Shown here: positions 24,825 to 33,948 of the stretch, one piece after another
How positions within the stretch are numbered: position 1 is the first letter of the stretch
Layout: each line of letters begins with the position of its first letter
Assembly (NCBI GenBank): GCA_050633305.1
Contig: JBOEGF010000024.1
Location: 320,001 to 384,000 of the forward strand
Length of the DNA stretch: 64,000 nt
Direction: 5' to 3'
From: Nannocystales bacterium
GTDB lineage: Bacteria > Myxococcota_A > Polyangia > Nannocystales > Nannocystaceae
Notes under the pieces: generated by a model
The model's database searches: none
Told to the model about the DNA's origin: nothing
What the model saw: only the letters and a program-made list of their open reading frames with translations
Made by a program: the position numbers and the translations under genes

Positions 24825-25529
24825 ATGGCCGACCACAACCCATTCGGTGATCCCTCGATGTTCCCCTCTCCCCAAGCGACGCCCGCAATGTCCCAGATGT
24901 CCCAAATGTCCTGGGGCGGCGAGCCCTCCGCAAATATTCCGTTTGTCATCGAGCAGACGGTTCGAGGCGAACGCTCGTGGGACATCTACTCCCGCCTGCT
25001 CAAGGACCGCATCATCCTGCTGGGCACGCCGATCAACGACCAGGTCGCCAACTCGATCGTCTCCCAGCTGCTCTACCTCGAGTCCGATGACCCGGACAAA
25101 GAGATCCGGCTGTACGTCAACAGCCCCGGCGGCGTGGTCACCGCGGGCCTGGCGATCTACGACACCATGCAGTTGATCCGCCCGAAGGTTGCGACCTACT
25201 GCATGGGGCAAGCCGCGTCGATGGCGGCGGTCATTGTCGCCGCCGGCGCCTCGGGCAAACGCTTGGCGCTGCCGAACGCGCGCATCATGATTCACCAGCC
25301 GCACGGCGGGTCTCAGGGCCAAGCCACGGACATTGAGATTCAGGCGAAGGAAATCCTTCGGCTCAAGGCGCGCCTCAACGAAATCCTCGCTACGCACTGC
25401 GGGCGGGGCGTCGAAGATATCTTGCGCGATACGGAACGGGACATGTTCATGGACGCCGATACGGCCAAACGGTACGGTTTGGTGGACGAGGTCATCCAGA
25501 AACGGTCCGACGACGGGGACGAGACCTAG
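24825..25529 (+). CDS. clpP: ATP-dependent Clp protease proteolytic subunit
   Basis: [33 protein letters not shown]. Start trimmed to MADHNP; alternative Mets lie downstream. Confidence 0.96.
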   Translation: MADHNPFGDPSMFPSPQATPAMSQMSQMSWGGEPSANIPFVIEQTVRGERSWDIYSRLLKDRIILLGTPINDQVANSIVSQLLYLESDDPDKEIRLYVNSPGGVVTAGLAIYDTMQLIRPKVATYCMGQAASMAAVIVAAGASGKRLALPNARIMIHQPHGGSQGQATDIEIQAKEILRLKARLNEILATHCGRGVEDILRDTERDMFMDADTAKRYGLVDEVIQKRSDDGDET

Positions 25530-25640
25530 TCTCATCGACCCATCCCCAACACCAGCTAGACCAAGACAGACCAAGCCTTGACCAGGCCCTGACCAGGAAT
25601 CGATGACGGATCCCGGACGAGAAGGATCGAAGGACAGCAG

Positions 25641-26900
25641 ATGAGCACCTCGAAACGAGACAACGGCCACGGAAATCTGAGCTGTTCCTTTTGCGGAAAG
25701 TCGCAAAAGGAAGTCAAGAAGCTCATCGCTGGGCCTTCTGTGTACATCTGCGACGAGTGCATTTCCTTGTGCAACGACATCCTCGCCGAGGAAGTTCAGA
25801 AGGAAGAGCGCCAGCAGGGGGTCGGCAAAGTGCCGAAGCCGAAGGAGATTCGCGAGATCCTCGATGACTACGTCATCGGCCAGGACTCCGCGAAAAAGAT
25901 CATCTCGGTCGCGGTCTACAACCACTACAAGCGCATCAACGCCACCCGGAAGGCCGACGAAGCAGAGCTCCAGAAGAGCAACATCCTGCTCATCGGACCG
26001 ACCGGCTCCGGCAAGACATTGCTGGCCCAGACGCTGGCCCGCATCCTCGATGTGCCCTTCGCCATCGCGGACGCCACCAGCCTGACCGAGGCCGGCTACG
26101 TCGGCGAGGATGTCGAGAACATCATTGTCAGCCTGCTTCAGAACGCCGACCACGACGTCGAGCGAGCGCAGCGCGGCATCATCTACGTCGACGAGATCGA
26201 CAAGATTGCACGCAAGGGCGACAACCCTTCGATCACCCGCGATGTGTCGGGCGAAGGCGTCCAGCAGGCGTTGCTGAAGATCCTCGAGGGGACGGTTGCT
26301 TCCGTTCCCCCCAAGGGCGGTCGCAAGCACCCTCAGCAGGACTTCCTACAAGTCGACACGACCAACATCCTCTTCATCTGCGGCGGTGCGTTCGCGGGCA
26401 TCGAGGACATCATCGAGCACCGTGTCTCCGCCAAGAGCATGGGATTCGGGGCCAAGGTCGAGTCGAAGAAAGAGCTGCGCAGCTGGGAGCTGATGCAGGA
26501 GGTTCAAAACGCCGACCTGCACAAGTTCGGGCTCATCCCCGAGTTCATCGGTCGCCTGCCCGTGGTGGCCCCGCTTCAGGAACTCGACGAGGACGCTTTG
26601 GTCAAGATCCTCACCGAGCCCAAGAACGCGCTCGTCAAACAGTACGTCCGGTTGCTTGAGATGGACGAGGTGGAGCTCAAGTTCACCGACGAGGCCTTGG
26701 TCGCCGTCGCCTCCAAGGCCAAGCGGCAGCGCTCCGGTGCTCGTGGTCTACGGTCCATCCTCGAGAAGGCGATGCTGGAAGTCATGTACGACATCCCCAG
26801 CGTCGAGAACATCGCCGAGGTGGTCGTCAGCGAGGAGTGCATCTCCGAGGACAAGCGTCCCACGCTCATCTTCAAGCACGAGAAGAAAGAAGCCTCGTAG
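25641..26900 (+). CDS. clpX: ATP-dependent Clp protease ATP-binding subunit
   Basis: CSFCGK...ICDEC zinc-binding domain, [31 protein letters not shown] loop. Confidence 0.98.
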   Translation: MSTSKRDNGHGNLSCSFCGKSQKEVKKLIAGPSVYICDECISLCNDILAEEVQKEERQQGVGKVPKPKEIREILDDYVIGQDSAKKIISVAVYNHYKRINATRKADEAELQKSNILLIGPTGSGKTLLAQTLARILDVPFAIADATSLTEAGYVGEDVENIIVSLLQNADHDVERAQRGIIYVDEIDKIARKGDNPSITRDVSGEGVQQALLKILEGTVASVPPKGGRKHPQQDFLQVDTTNILFICGGAFAGIEDIIEHRVSAKSMGFGAKVESKKELRSWELMQEVQNADLHKFGLIPEFIGRLPVVAPLQELDEDALVKILTEPKNALVKQYVRLLEMDEVELKFTDEALVAVASKAKRQRSGARGLRSILEKAMLEVMYDIPSVENIAEVVVSEECISEDKRPTLIFKHEKKEAS

Positions 26901-26926
26901 GCCGCTCGCGACCTTTGTCGCTACAG

Positions 26927-26967
26927 ACGCCTCGCACCCATTCGTGGGCTGCGAGGCGTTCTTCGTT
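26927..26967 (+). terminator. terminator hairpin after clpX
   Basis: ACGCCTCGCA-CCCA-ttcg-TGGG-c-TGCGAGGCGT followed by TCTTCGTT, between convergent genes. Confidence 0.7.
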
Positions 26968-26980
26968 CCGCTTGCGCCGA

Positions 26981-28954
26981 TCAGAAGCAAGGCGCGCGGG
27001 GGGTCACGTCGAACGGCTCCGGCGAGGGGAGGGTCTGCCGCAGGTACTCGTACTCCTCGACGCAGAAGCGAGACGGGCCGGCACCTTCGAGTTCGGCGCG
27101 CTCCTCAAAGGGTCGGTCGGCGTCCATCAGGCGGTCTTCCTGGTCTCCCTCGTTGTGGATGCTGGGCCCGTACGGATCGGCGAGGCCGAGGCTGTGCCCC
27201 AGCTCGTGCGAGATGGTGCTCCCCACGAGCGTGCCCAGGGCATGGATCGCACAGGCGAGTTGCTCGGGACGGGATGTCGTCGTCGGGACGGGGCACCCCG
27301 CGGGGTCAACAGAAGGGAGCTCGCTTGCGAGGTCTGCAGCGAGCACGGGCTGGCCGCCAGCGTCGGGACGGAACGGATCGAAGAGCAGGTCGAAGCGCGC
27401 GTCGGACCGGACCGGTTCGGCCAGATCCCCCGGGTGCTCGGAGTACCCGAAGAGGGACTCGATGAAGACGCCTCCATAGCCGGGAAAGCCGTCCTCCTGG
27501 GTCTGGGCGTTGGTGCCTCCGATGCGGTCGTACAAGCGCCGGTTGTCCGTGTCCTTGCCTGGCGTGTTGTCGTAGCCCAGCAGGCCGAGTCCGTTGGGAT
27601 CTCGTCCACCGATGTCGACCTCGGCGAACAGGGCGAAGTCTTCGGGCCGAGTTTCACGGACCTCGAGGTTGAGCGTGGCGAAGTCTCGGTTGATCACCTC
27701 AATCGCCCGCGCCCGGATCCGAGAGTCGACTGCGCGCAGACCGAAAGCCCGCAGTCCCTCCTTGTAGGCGGGGGTGAAGTTGACCCAAACCACCTGGCGA
27801 ACGGGCTCGAGACGAAAGGCGAGCGCGGTGGCGCTTCCCTCGACCTCCACGCCCTCGTAGGCGATGATCGGCGTGACCAGTCCTTCGAACAGACCCGCCT
27901 CCGTCCTGACGTCACTGACGGCGGAGGCCAAGCCGTCTTCCTCGTTGACGACGTAGCGCACGAGACGGCCGCCGACGAACTCTGGGAACAACAACTCGTT
28001 GAGCTCGACCGGAATACCCGAGAGGTCGGGGGTGAAGATGCCGTCGAAGCGGAGCACCGTGTCACCCTGGGCATCGCCCCCGAGAAAGCCTGCGCCTTCG
28101 ATGGTGACGTACCTGCCCAGACTCGCTGCGGTGGTGTCGACGCCGTACAGGGCGGGCTCGACCAAGTCCCAGGTGACCGGGGTCGCCAACGAAGAGACGA
28201 CATCCCCGCCGATGTGCTCGTTTTGAAATGTCACGGTCCCTTCGAAACGGCCGGGCTGGATGCCTGCGATGCCAGGTTCGAAGGCGAAGACCCCTTCGGC
28301 GCGGTTGTGGTCGGTGGCGGGCTCGACAGCGACCGCCGCGACGGCCGTGGGAACGCAGTCTGAAGTGTCCGCTCGGGTGAAGCATCCCTCGAGGACGGCG
28401 TACGTGGTGCCTTCCGAACCCAGGAGAATTCCGTCTCCCGCCGCCGCGAGCGGCTCGTTGGGAAAGATGACGCTGCTGGGCGTGAGGAGCGTGAGCTGCG
28501 GGACCAGGGTTTGTGCGACGTTGAACTCGATCTGCGAGGCGGCGGAGCGATACAGCCGTCCGTCGACGGAACTGCGGACCTCGATCTGTGCGGTGCCCTG
28601 GAACACCGCCGAGTCTCCATCGCTGAGCAGGTCGATGGCTTCGCCGTCGAGGTCGACTTCGAGACGGGTGAAGTCCACAAAACGAGCTGGAAGCCGGACG
28701 ATGCGTCCGTCGGTGCCGGTCCCGGTGTCGATCTCTCCATCGAGCACGAGTGTGGACTCGCCCCACGGGTCATCGACGAATGCGTCGCCGGTGACGACCA
28801 GGGTTGAGCCCACCAGCACGGTTCCGGGCGAGACGGATTGAAGCTCGAGGTCGACGAGTGCAGTGTCGACGACAGCGCGTCCGTCGGGCTCGTCCCTGCA
28901 TTGCGCGAGGGCCAGCAGGGCGAGCAGCGGAGCGCGTCGGCTCAGTTGTTTCAT
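26981..28954 (-). CDS. lipoprotein with Ig/IPT-like N-terminal domains and C-terminal zinc-metallopeptidase (metzincin-like) motif
   Basis: Lipobox LAQC; HELGHSLGLAD (HExxHxxGxxD) followed by RLMD (Met-turn-like). Confidence 0.75.
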   Translation of the reverse strand: MKQLSRRAPLLALLALAQCRDEPDGRAVVDTALVDLELQSVSPGTVLVGSTLVVTGDAFVDDPWGESTLVLDGEIDTGTGTDGRIVRLPARFVDFTRLEVDLDGEAIDLLSDGDSAVFQGTAQIEVRSSVDGRLYRSAASQIEFNVAQTLVPQLTLLTPSSVIFPNEPLAAAGDGILLGSEGTTYAVLEGCFTRADTSDCVPTAVAAVAVEPATDHNRAEGVFAFEPGIAGIQPGRFEGTVTFQNEHIGGDVVSSLATPVTWDLVEPALYGVDTTAASLGRYVTIEGAGFLGGDAQGDTVLRFDGIFTPDLSGIPVELNELLFPEFVGGRLVRYVVNEEDGLASAVSDVRTEAGLFEGLVTPIIAYEGVEVEGSATALAFRLEPVRQVVWVNFTPAYKEGLRAFGLRAVDSRIRARAIEVINRDFATLNLEVRETRPEDFALFAEVDIGGRDPNGLGLLGYDNTPGKDTDNRRLYDRIGGTNAQTQEDGFPGYGGVFIESLFGYSEHPGDLAEPVRSDARFDLLFDPFRPDAGGQPVLAADLASELPSVDPAGCPVPTTTSRPEQLACAIHALGTLVGSTISHELGHSLGLADPYGPSIHNEGDQEDRLMDADRPFEERAELEGAGPSRFCVEEYEYLRQTLPSPEPFDVTPRAPCF

Positions 28955-30501
28955 GAGTGGGGCGGAGCTCCTGCCAGCCCGGGGTGGGCTGGCGCGTGAC
29001 CCTGCGTCGGGTCATGAACGTACGCCCCGGGCACGTGCATCCCCGGATGCCCCGGATGCCCAGGACCCGGCGGTGGCGCGGGACCTTGCATGGCGGTCTG
29101 CTTGGCGTCTTCTTCAAGGCCGCGGACCAGCCCGAGCAACGCCCCTCCAAAGAAGAACGGGAGCTTGGTGAAGAGGCTGTTGGGCAACAGGTCGACCGCG
29201 AACAAGGCGCAGATGATCGCCAGAGCGTCCACGTACAGCCGCCCTTCCTTGGGGATCTTGTGAGCCCGTCTCCAGGTGATGAAGATCGGCGCGAGGATCA
29301 GCCCGAAGGTGGCGATGAACCCGATGATGCCGCGGCCACCGATGCGAATGATCCATTCGCCGTCGGTCAGGCAGATGTCGTTGCCGCGTTCGTCGTAGAC
29401 CCGGTTGCGGCCATAGCCCCCCCAACCAAACGTCAGCCGCTCCGAAGCACGTTCGTAGAGAATGTCCTCGTTGTAGAAGCGAACGTGCAGTGACTCGGCG
29501 CGCTCCGGAGATATCTCGGTGAGCCATTCGATGAACGAGTAGACGTCGAACACCTGCCACGCACGGATCGGTGGATACAGCAGGACCAAGATCGCCAACG
29601 CGACCGCAGCGGTGATCGCAAGCTTTCCCCTCGAGGCGAGGATGATCGGTACGGCGACCAACGTGTAGAGCAACGCGGCCACGTTGTGCGAGAGCGCCAA
29701 CGTGACCATCAGGATCGCCACCGCTGCGAGAGCGGGAAGCCCGAAGATGTTCTCCTTGCGTTTGGCGAGCACCGCCGCACAGGAGGTCGCGCAGAACAGG
29801 AACGTCGCGACGGCGAGGCCCGAGTTCTGAAACAGGACCGGCTTGAATCCGTCTCCGCGGACAACCCCCGCGATACCGGTGGAAGCGTAGCCGTAGACCC
29901 ACTTGTGGACCTGCGGCGAGATACGAGCTTCGAGCAAGCATCCGGGCGCGTAGATCAACGCGAGGATGACGATCCCTCGCATCAGCATCCGCCCATCCTG
30001 CGTGTTGCGGAACGCGACACGTCCCATCAGGAACGGGATGTACATCGACAGGGTGTCCCGCACGGTCACGGCGACGATGTCGTTGGACCTGTGCCCTGAG
30101 AGGATGCGGGGTTCCGCGACGAGGTTCCCCGCCTTGTCCCACCAGTAGACGCCAAAACTCAGCGTGTCCTGGTTGGTCATCACGGTGCCGATGTTGCCGA
30201 ACAGCAGAAGGACGAAGAAGAGGTCGACGCCGCGAAACGGCTTGGAACGCAGGAGACGATCCTTGTGCACCAGGTACGCGGCGGTCAGGCTCATCAGCCC
30301 GGAGAACTCGTACTTGCTCAGCGGCGGCACGAGGGGGGCGTCGAAGGCCACCAACTCGGGCAGAAACATCACGCCGACGAAGAAGATGTAGAAGACCGTC
30401 CGTGTCGCGTTCTGCTTGGCTGCGGTCACCGCGTAGCCGAGAGCCGCGGGCACGTACAACAGCAGGGCCACGAAAGGCCTCACGTCGGGCGGGGATGCCA
30501 C
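28951..30501 (-). CDS. Wzy/O-antigen-ligase-like polytopic membrane protein
   Basis: About 10-12 hydrophobic segments, 'ERAESLHVRFYNE...FGWGGYGRNR..TDGEW' Wzy_C-like loop. Divergent from wzx. Confidence 0.75.
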   Translation of the reverse strand: MASPPDVRPFVALLLYVPAALGYAVTAAKQNATRTVFYIFFVGVMFLPELVAFDAPLVPPLSKYEFSGLMSLTAAYLVHKDRLLRSKPFRGVDLFFVLLLFGNIGTVMTNQDTLSFGVYWWDKAGNLVAEPRILSGHRSNDIVAVTVRDTLSMYIPFLMGRVAFRNTQDGRMLMRGIVILALIYAPGCLLEARISPQVHKWVYGYASTGIAGVVRGDGFKPVLFQNSGLAVATFLFCATSCAAVLAKRKENIFGLPALAAVAILMVTLALSHNVAALLYTLVAVPIILASRGKLAITAAVALAILVLLYPPIRAWQVFDVYSFIEWLTEISPERAESLHVRFYNEDILYERASERLTFGWGGYGRNRVYDERGNDICLTDGEWIIRIGGRGIIGFIATFGLILAPIFITWRRAHKIPKEGRLYVDALAIICALFAVDLLPNSLFTKLPFFFGGALLGLVRGLEEDAKQTAMQGPAPPPGPGHPGHPGMHVPGAYVHDPTQGHAPAHPGLAGAPPHS

Positions 30502-30579
30502 GCCGGAAGGATATCAACGCAAGCGGCGAGGTTCGATTGCCAGGCAAATCGGACCTGCGCTAGCGTCCCCCCCGACCGC

Positions 30580-32037
30580 ATGGGCGACGAGCCGACGAAC
30601 CCTTCCGACGCGTCGTCCGACGACCTTCCCGACGACCTTCCCGACGACGCGGAGTCGGCCGACGATCGCGCGTCGTCGAACGAGGCTGCTGAACCTGCGG
30701 AGCCCGCGGACCCCGGGGGCGGCAGCAAGCTCCAACGGGCTGCCGCCAAGGGCGCGCTTTGGGTCTTCGGGGCGTTTGCTCTCGGTCAGATCGTCCGACT
30801 CGGGAGCAGTCTCGTGCTCTCGAGACTCCTGTTCCCCGAGGCGTTCGGCATCATGCGAGTGTTGATGGTCGTCGTCGGCATCGTGGCGATGCTGTCGGAC
30901 GCCGGGCTCCGCGGCAGCATCATCGCGCACAAGCGAGGTGACGAGCCCGACTTCTACAACACGGCCTGGACCCTGCAGTGTCTGCGCGGGCTGGCGGTGG
31001 CCGTGGTCGTGTCCGCACTCGCGGCCCCCCTTGCGAGCTACTACAACCTTCCAGAACTGTCCTTCCTGCTGCCCGCGGTCGGGCTGTCGTTGGTGTTCCG
31101 GGGTCTGCAGTCCACCGCGGTGTTCACCCTGTCCCGTCAGGTCAACCCCAAGCCCGGCGCGGTCCTGGATCTGGGAATCCGAGTCGGCTCGGTCGTGATC
31201 ATGGTGGCCTTGGCCTACGTCTGGAAGAGCGTGTGGGTGCTGGCGCTGGGGATGATTCTTTCCAATGTGGCATCGGGTCTCGCGACCCACCTGCTCATCA
31301 AGGGGTATCGCAACCGCTGGCGCTGGGACAAAGAGGCCGTCCGTGCACAGCTGCGGTTCGGCAAGTGGGTGTTCCTCAGCTCGGCCTTGGCGGCGCTGTT
31401 GGGGCAGGGGGGCTCGGCGGTCGTCGCCAAGCTGCTCACCGACAACATGTTGGGCATCTACTCCATCGCGTTGCTCCTCTCGGAGGCCGTCACGCAGGCG
31501 ATGCAGACGGTCTCCACCAAGGTGCTCCAGCCGCTGTATGCGAAGTTCGTCACCGGGAATCGAAACCGATTGCGCGGGCGGATGTTCAAGGTCCGTGGGG
31601 CGTTGCTGGCGTTGGCACTTCCGCCCTTGTGGGTGCTGGGGCTCTTCGGCCAAGAGATCGTCGACTTGCTCTTCGATGAGCGTTACGCGCAGGCCGGTTG
31701 GATGCTCCGGATTCTGGCGGCTGGTTCGATCGGGACGCTGATCATTGGGACGGCCGAGATGCTGTTCGTCGCGTCCGGAGACTCCAGGTCGCACCTGATC
31801 CACAAGGCGGCGGGCGCCACCTTCTTCGTTCTGAGCATGGTCGTGGGCTACTCCCTTGGTGAGTTCAAAGGGGTCCTCGTCGGGATGTCCATTGGTCGCA
31901 TCCTGGGCTACCTACCGATGGCGTTCTTGCTCCGCCGCCGAGGCGCATGGTTGCCCAAGCTCGACGCGCTCGCGTTTGCCGCTTCCGGTGGGGTCCTCGC
32001 ACTCGGCTACTGGTTGCACCCTCTGGAGATCCTCTGA
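30580..32037 (+). CDS. polysaccharide flippase (Wzx/PST family)
   Basis: LSRLLFPEAFG, NTAWT, FGKW, LGIYSIA, many TM helices. Start trimmed to ATG 30580. Confidence 0.88.
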   Translation: MGDEPTNPSDASSDDLPDDLPDDAESADDRASSNEAAEPAEPADPGGGSKLQRAAAKGALWVFGAFALGQIVRLGSSLVLSRLLFPEAFGIMRVLMVVVGIVAMLSDAGLRGSIIAHKRGDEPDFYNTAWTLQCLRGLAVAVVVSALAAPLASYYNLPELSFLLPAVGLSLVFRGLQSTAVFTLSRQVNPKPGAVLDLGIRVGSVVIMVALAYVWKSVWVLALGMILSNVASGLATHLLIKGYRNRWRWDKEAVRAQLRFGKWVFLSSALAALLGQGGSAVVAKLLTDNMLGIYSIALLLSEAVTQAMQTVSTKVLQPLYAKFVTGNRNRLRGRMFKVRGALLALALPPLWVLGLFGQEIVDLLFDERYAQAGWMLRILAAGSIGTLIIGTAEMLFVASGDSRSHLIHKAAGATFFVLSMVVGYSLGEFKGVLVGMSIGRILGYLPMAFLLRRRGAWLPKLDALAFAASGGVLALGYWLHPLEIL

Positions 32038-32957
32038 TGACCGAAGCATCCACCGGCCGCATGCCCGACTTTCTCCTCATCGGCGGGATGAAGTGCGGCA
32101 GCACGACGCTGCACGACTACCTGGTGAACCATCCCCAGCTGGCTGAGCCCCAGTACAAGGAGCCGGGGTTTTTCAGTCGAGACGAGCGTTTTGCGCTCGG
32201 CTTGGACTGGTACCGCAGCGTGTTTTCGGCGGCGAAGGGCGACCAACTCGCCTTCGAATCCTCGACCTGCTACACGCGGCACCCTCATTTTGGCGAGGTC
32301 GCGGCCCGCATCCACGAGCATCTTCCGGAGATCAAGCTCGTGTACATCATGCGGCACCCGGTCGACCGGCTGTACTCCCACTACCGCCACGCGATGTTGG
32401 AGCGGCAGAAGAAGAACGAGGGACCCGTTGTCTCGCTCGACGCGGCGATGTCCGAGAGCTCGGAGTTCTTCGACGCGGGGTGCTACCTGCGACAGATCGA
32501 GCAGTACACCCGCCACTACGATCGAGATCGCTTCTTCTTCCTGACCCTCGAAGAACTCAAGGACGACCCCGACGCGATGCTGGGTCGCTTGCAAGCGTTC
32601 CTGGGCGTTGACTCGGTGCCCACGCTCTCGACGTCGCTCAAGGGCGCGTCGAATGCAGCGAGCGCACGGGCGATGGGGACCACCGCTGCCTCTGCGCGTG
32701 ACAAGCTACGGCGAACTCCGCTGGTGCGGATCGCGAAACGGCTCATCCCCAAGGAGGCGCGCGGCCTGGTGATGAAGGCGGTCATGAACTCGCCGATCGT
32801 GAAAGCGCGCAACAAGGCCAAGGCAGACGCGTTCGCTGCGCAGCTCTCGAAGCTGACCGACGCGAAACGGCAGGAGCTGCTCACCCGATACGAGCAACCT
32901 AACGAAGCGCTCGCTGAGTTTCTCGGTCGGCCGCTTCCGGCCTCCTGGGCGTCGTAG
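32037..32957 (+). CDS. PAPS-dependent sulfotransferase (Sulfotransfer_1-like)
   Basis: 5'-PSB motif PDFLLIGGMKCGSTTL, KEPGFF, ESSTCY, 3'-PB motif MRHPVDRLYSHY. TGATG coupling to wzx. Confidence 0.9.
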   Translation: MTEASTGRMPDFLLIGGMKCGSTTLHDYLVNHPQLAEPQYKEPGFFSRDERFALGLDWYRSVFSAAKGDQLAFESSTCYTRHPHFGEVAARIHEHLPEIKLVYIMRHPVDRLYSHYRHAMLERQKKNEGPVVSLDAAMSESSEFFDAGCYLRQIEQYTRHYDRDRFFFLTLEELKDDPDAMLGRLQAFLGVDSVPTLSTSLKGASNAASARAMGTTAASARDKLRRTPLVRIAKRLIPKEARGLVMKAVMNSPIVKARNKAKADAFAAQLSKLTDAKRQELLTRYEQPNEALAEFLGRPLPASWAS

Positions 32958-33057
32958 GCCGACGCCGCCCGGTCACGCGCAGCGTTTGCTGGCGCGGGGG
33001 GTGGCCTCGCAGCGCATGATGGAGCGCGTGATATCTTCCGAGCCGAGGTCGCACAGC

Positions 33058-33873
33058 ATGCTCATCAACCCGCTCGACAAGGATGCGCTGCGAGAGCAGT
33101 TCCGCGCTGCCAAGCCCTTTCCGCACCTGGTTGTGGAGAACTTCTTGGAGCCCACGTTCCTGCGCGAGGTCGTCGAGGCGTATCCCACGTTCGACAGCGC
33201 CTGGACGGAAGCCAAGGGCACACGGGATGCCTTCAACGCGCTCAACGAGAAGCTCAAGGTCCAAGTCTCGGACTCCTCTCGGTTTCCGGGCCCGGTCAAG
33301 CAGCTCCATGACGCGATCACCTCGGAGGCGTTCCTCAAGGAGCTTTCAGAGATCACCGGCATCGAGAATCTGCAGGCCGACCCCGCCATGCGTGGAGGCG
33401 GGATGCACCTGACAGGCCCCAGCGGCCGTCTGGATGTCCACATCGACTTCAACTACTCCGACGAACTCAAGATGCATCGTCGGCTCAACATTCTCATCTA
33501 CCTCAACGAGGGATGGGACCCCGCGTGGGGAGGCGCGGTCGAGCTGTGGGACACCGAGGTGAAGAACTGCGAGGTCTCCGTCTCGCCGCTGATCAACCGC
33601 TGTGTCTTGTTCGAGACCAGCGACATCAGCTACCACGGTGTCGAGCCTGTGACGTGCCCTCCGGGGGTCGGCCGGATCTCGTTCGCTGGCTACTACTACA
33701 CCGAAGAGGCGCCTGAAAAATGGGACGGGCAACACCACAGCACGGTGTTTAAAGCTCGGCCCGACGAGGCGCTGCGGGACCTTGTCTTGGGCAATGTCGA
33801 CCGGCTCGGACGCGCGGCCTACAAGAAGCTTCAGCGAGGACGTCGGCTGGTGAACATGCTCCGAGGGCGGTAG
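33058..33873 (+). CDS. 2OG-Fe(II) oxygenase (prolyl-hydroxylase-like)
   Basis: PFPHLVVENFL, GGGMH, LDVHIDFN (HxD), LIYLNEGW...GG.VELW, SYHG, R.S. Confidence 0.88.
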   Translation: MLINPLDKDALREQFRAAKPFPHLVVENFLEPTFLREVVEAYPTFDSAWTEAKGTRDAFNALNEKLKVQVSDSSRFPGPVKQLHDAITSEAFLKELSEITGIENLQADPAMRGGGMHLTGPSGRLDVHIDFNYSDELKMHRRLNILIYLNEGWDPAWGGAVELWDTEVKNCEVSVSPLINRCVLFETSDISYHGVEPVTCPPGVGRISFAGYYYTEEAPEKWDGQHHSTVFKARPDEALRDLVLGNVDRLGRAAYKKLQRGRRLVNMLRGR

Positions 33874-33898
33874 CTCGGGTCTCGAGCACCGCAACGAC

Positions 33899-33933
33899 AG
33901 AAGGGCCCCCGGAAGTTCCGGCGGGCCCTTTCT
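33899..33933. terminator. bidirectional terminator hairpin between convergent genes
   Basis: AAGGGCCC-CCGGAA-g-TTCCGG-c-GGGCCCTT, flanked by A-rich and T-rich sequence. Confidence 0.7.
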
Positions 33934-33948
33934 CCGTTTGCGCTCTGG

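Noticed and set aside
24888..24914. 9-bp x3 repeat (MSQMSQMSW) in the clpP N-terminus; also the 12-bp repeat at ~30619-30648 in wzx
   Set aside because: Short in-frame slippage repeats in disordered termini; no evidence of function or phase variation.
25551..25598. CRISPR-like or iteron array
   Set aside because: Units are ~10 nt with no spacers and no cas or rep genes; kept only as a possible regulatory repeat.
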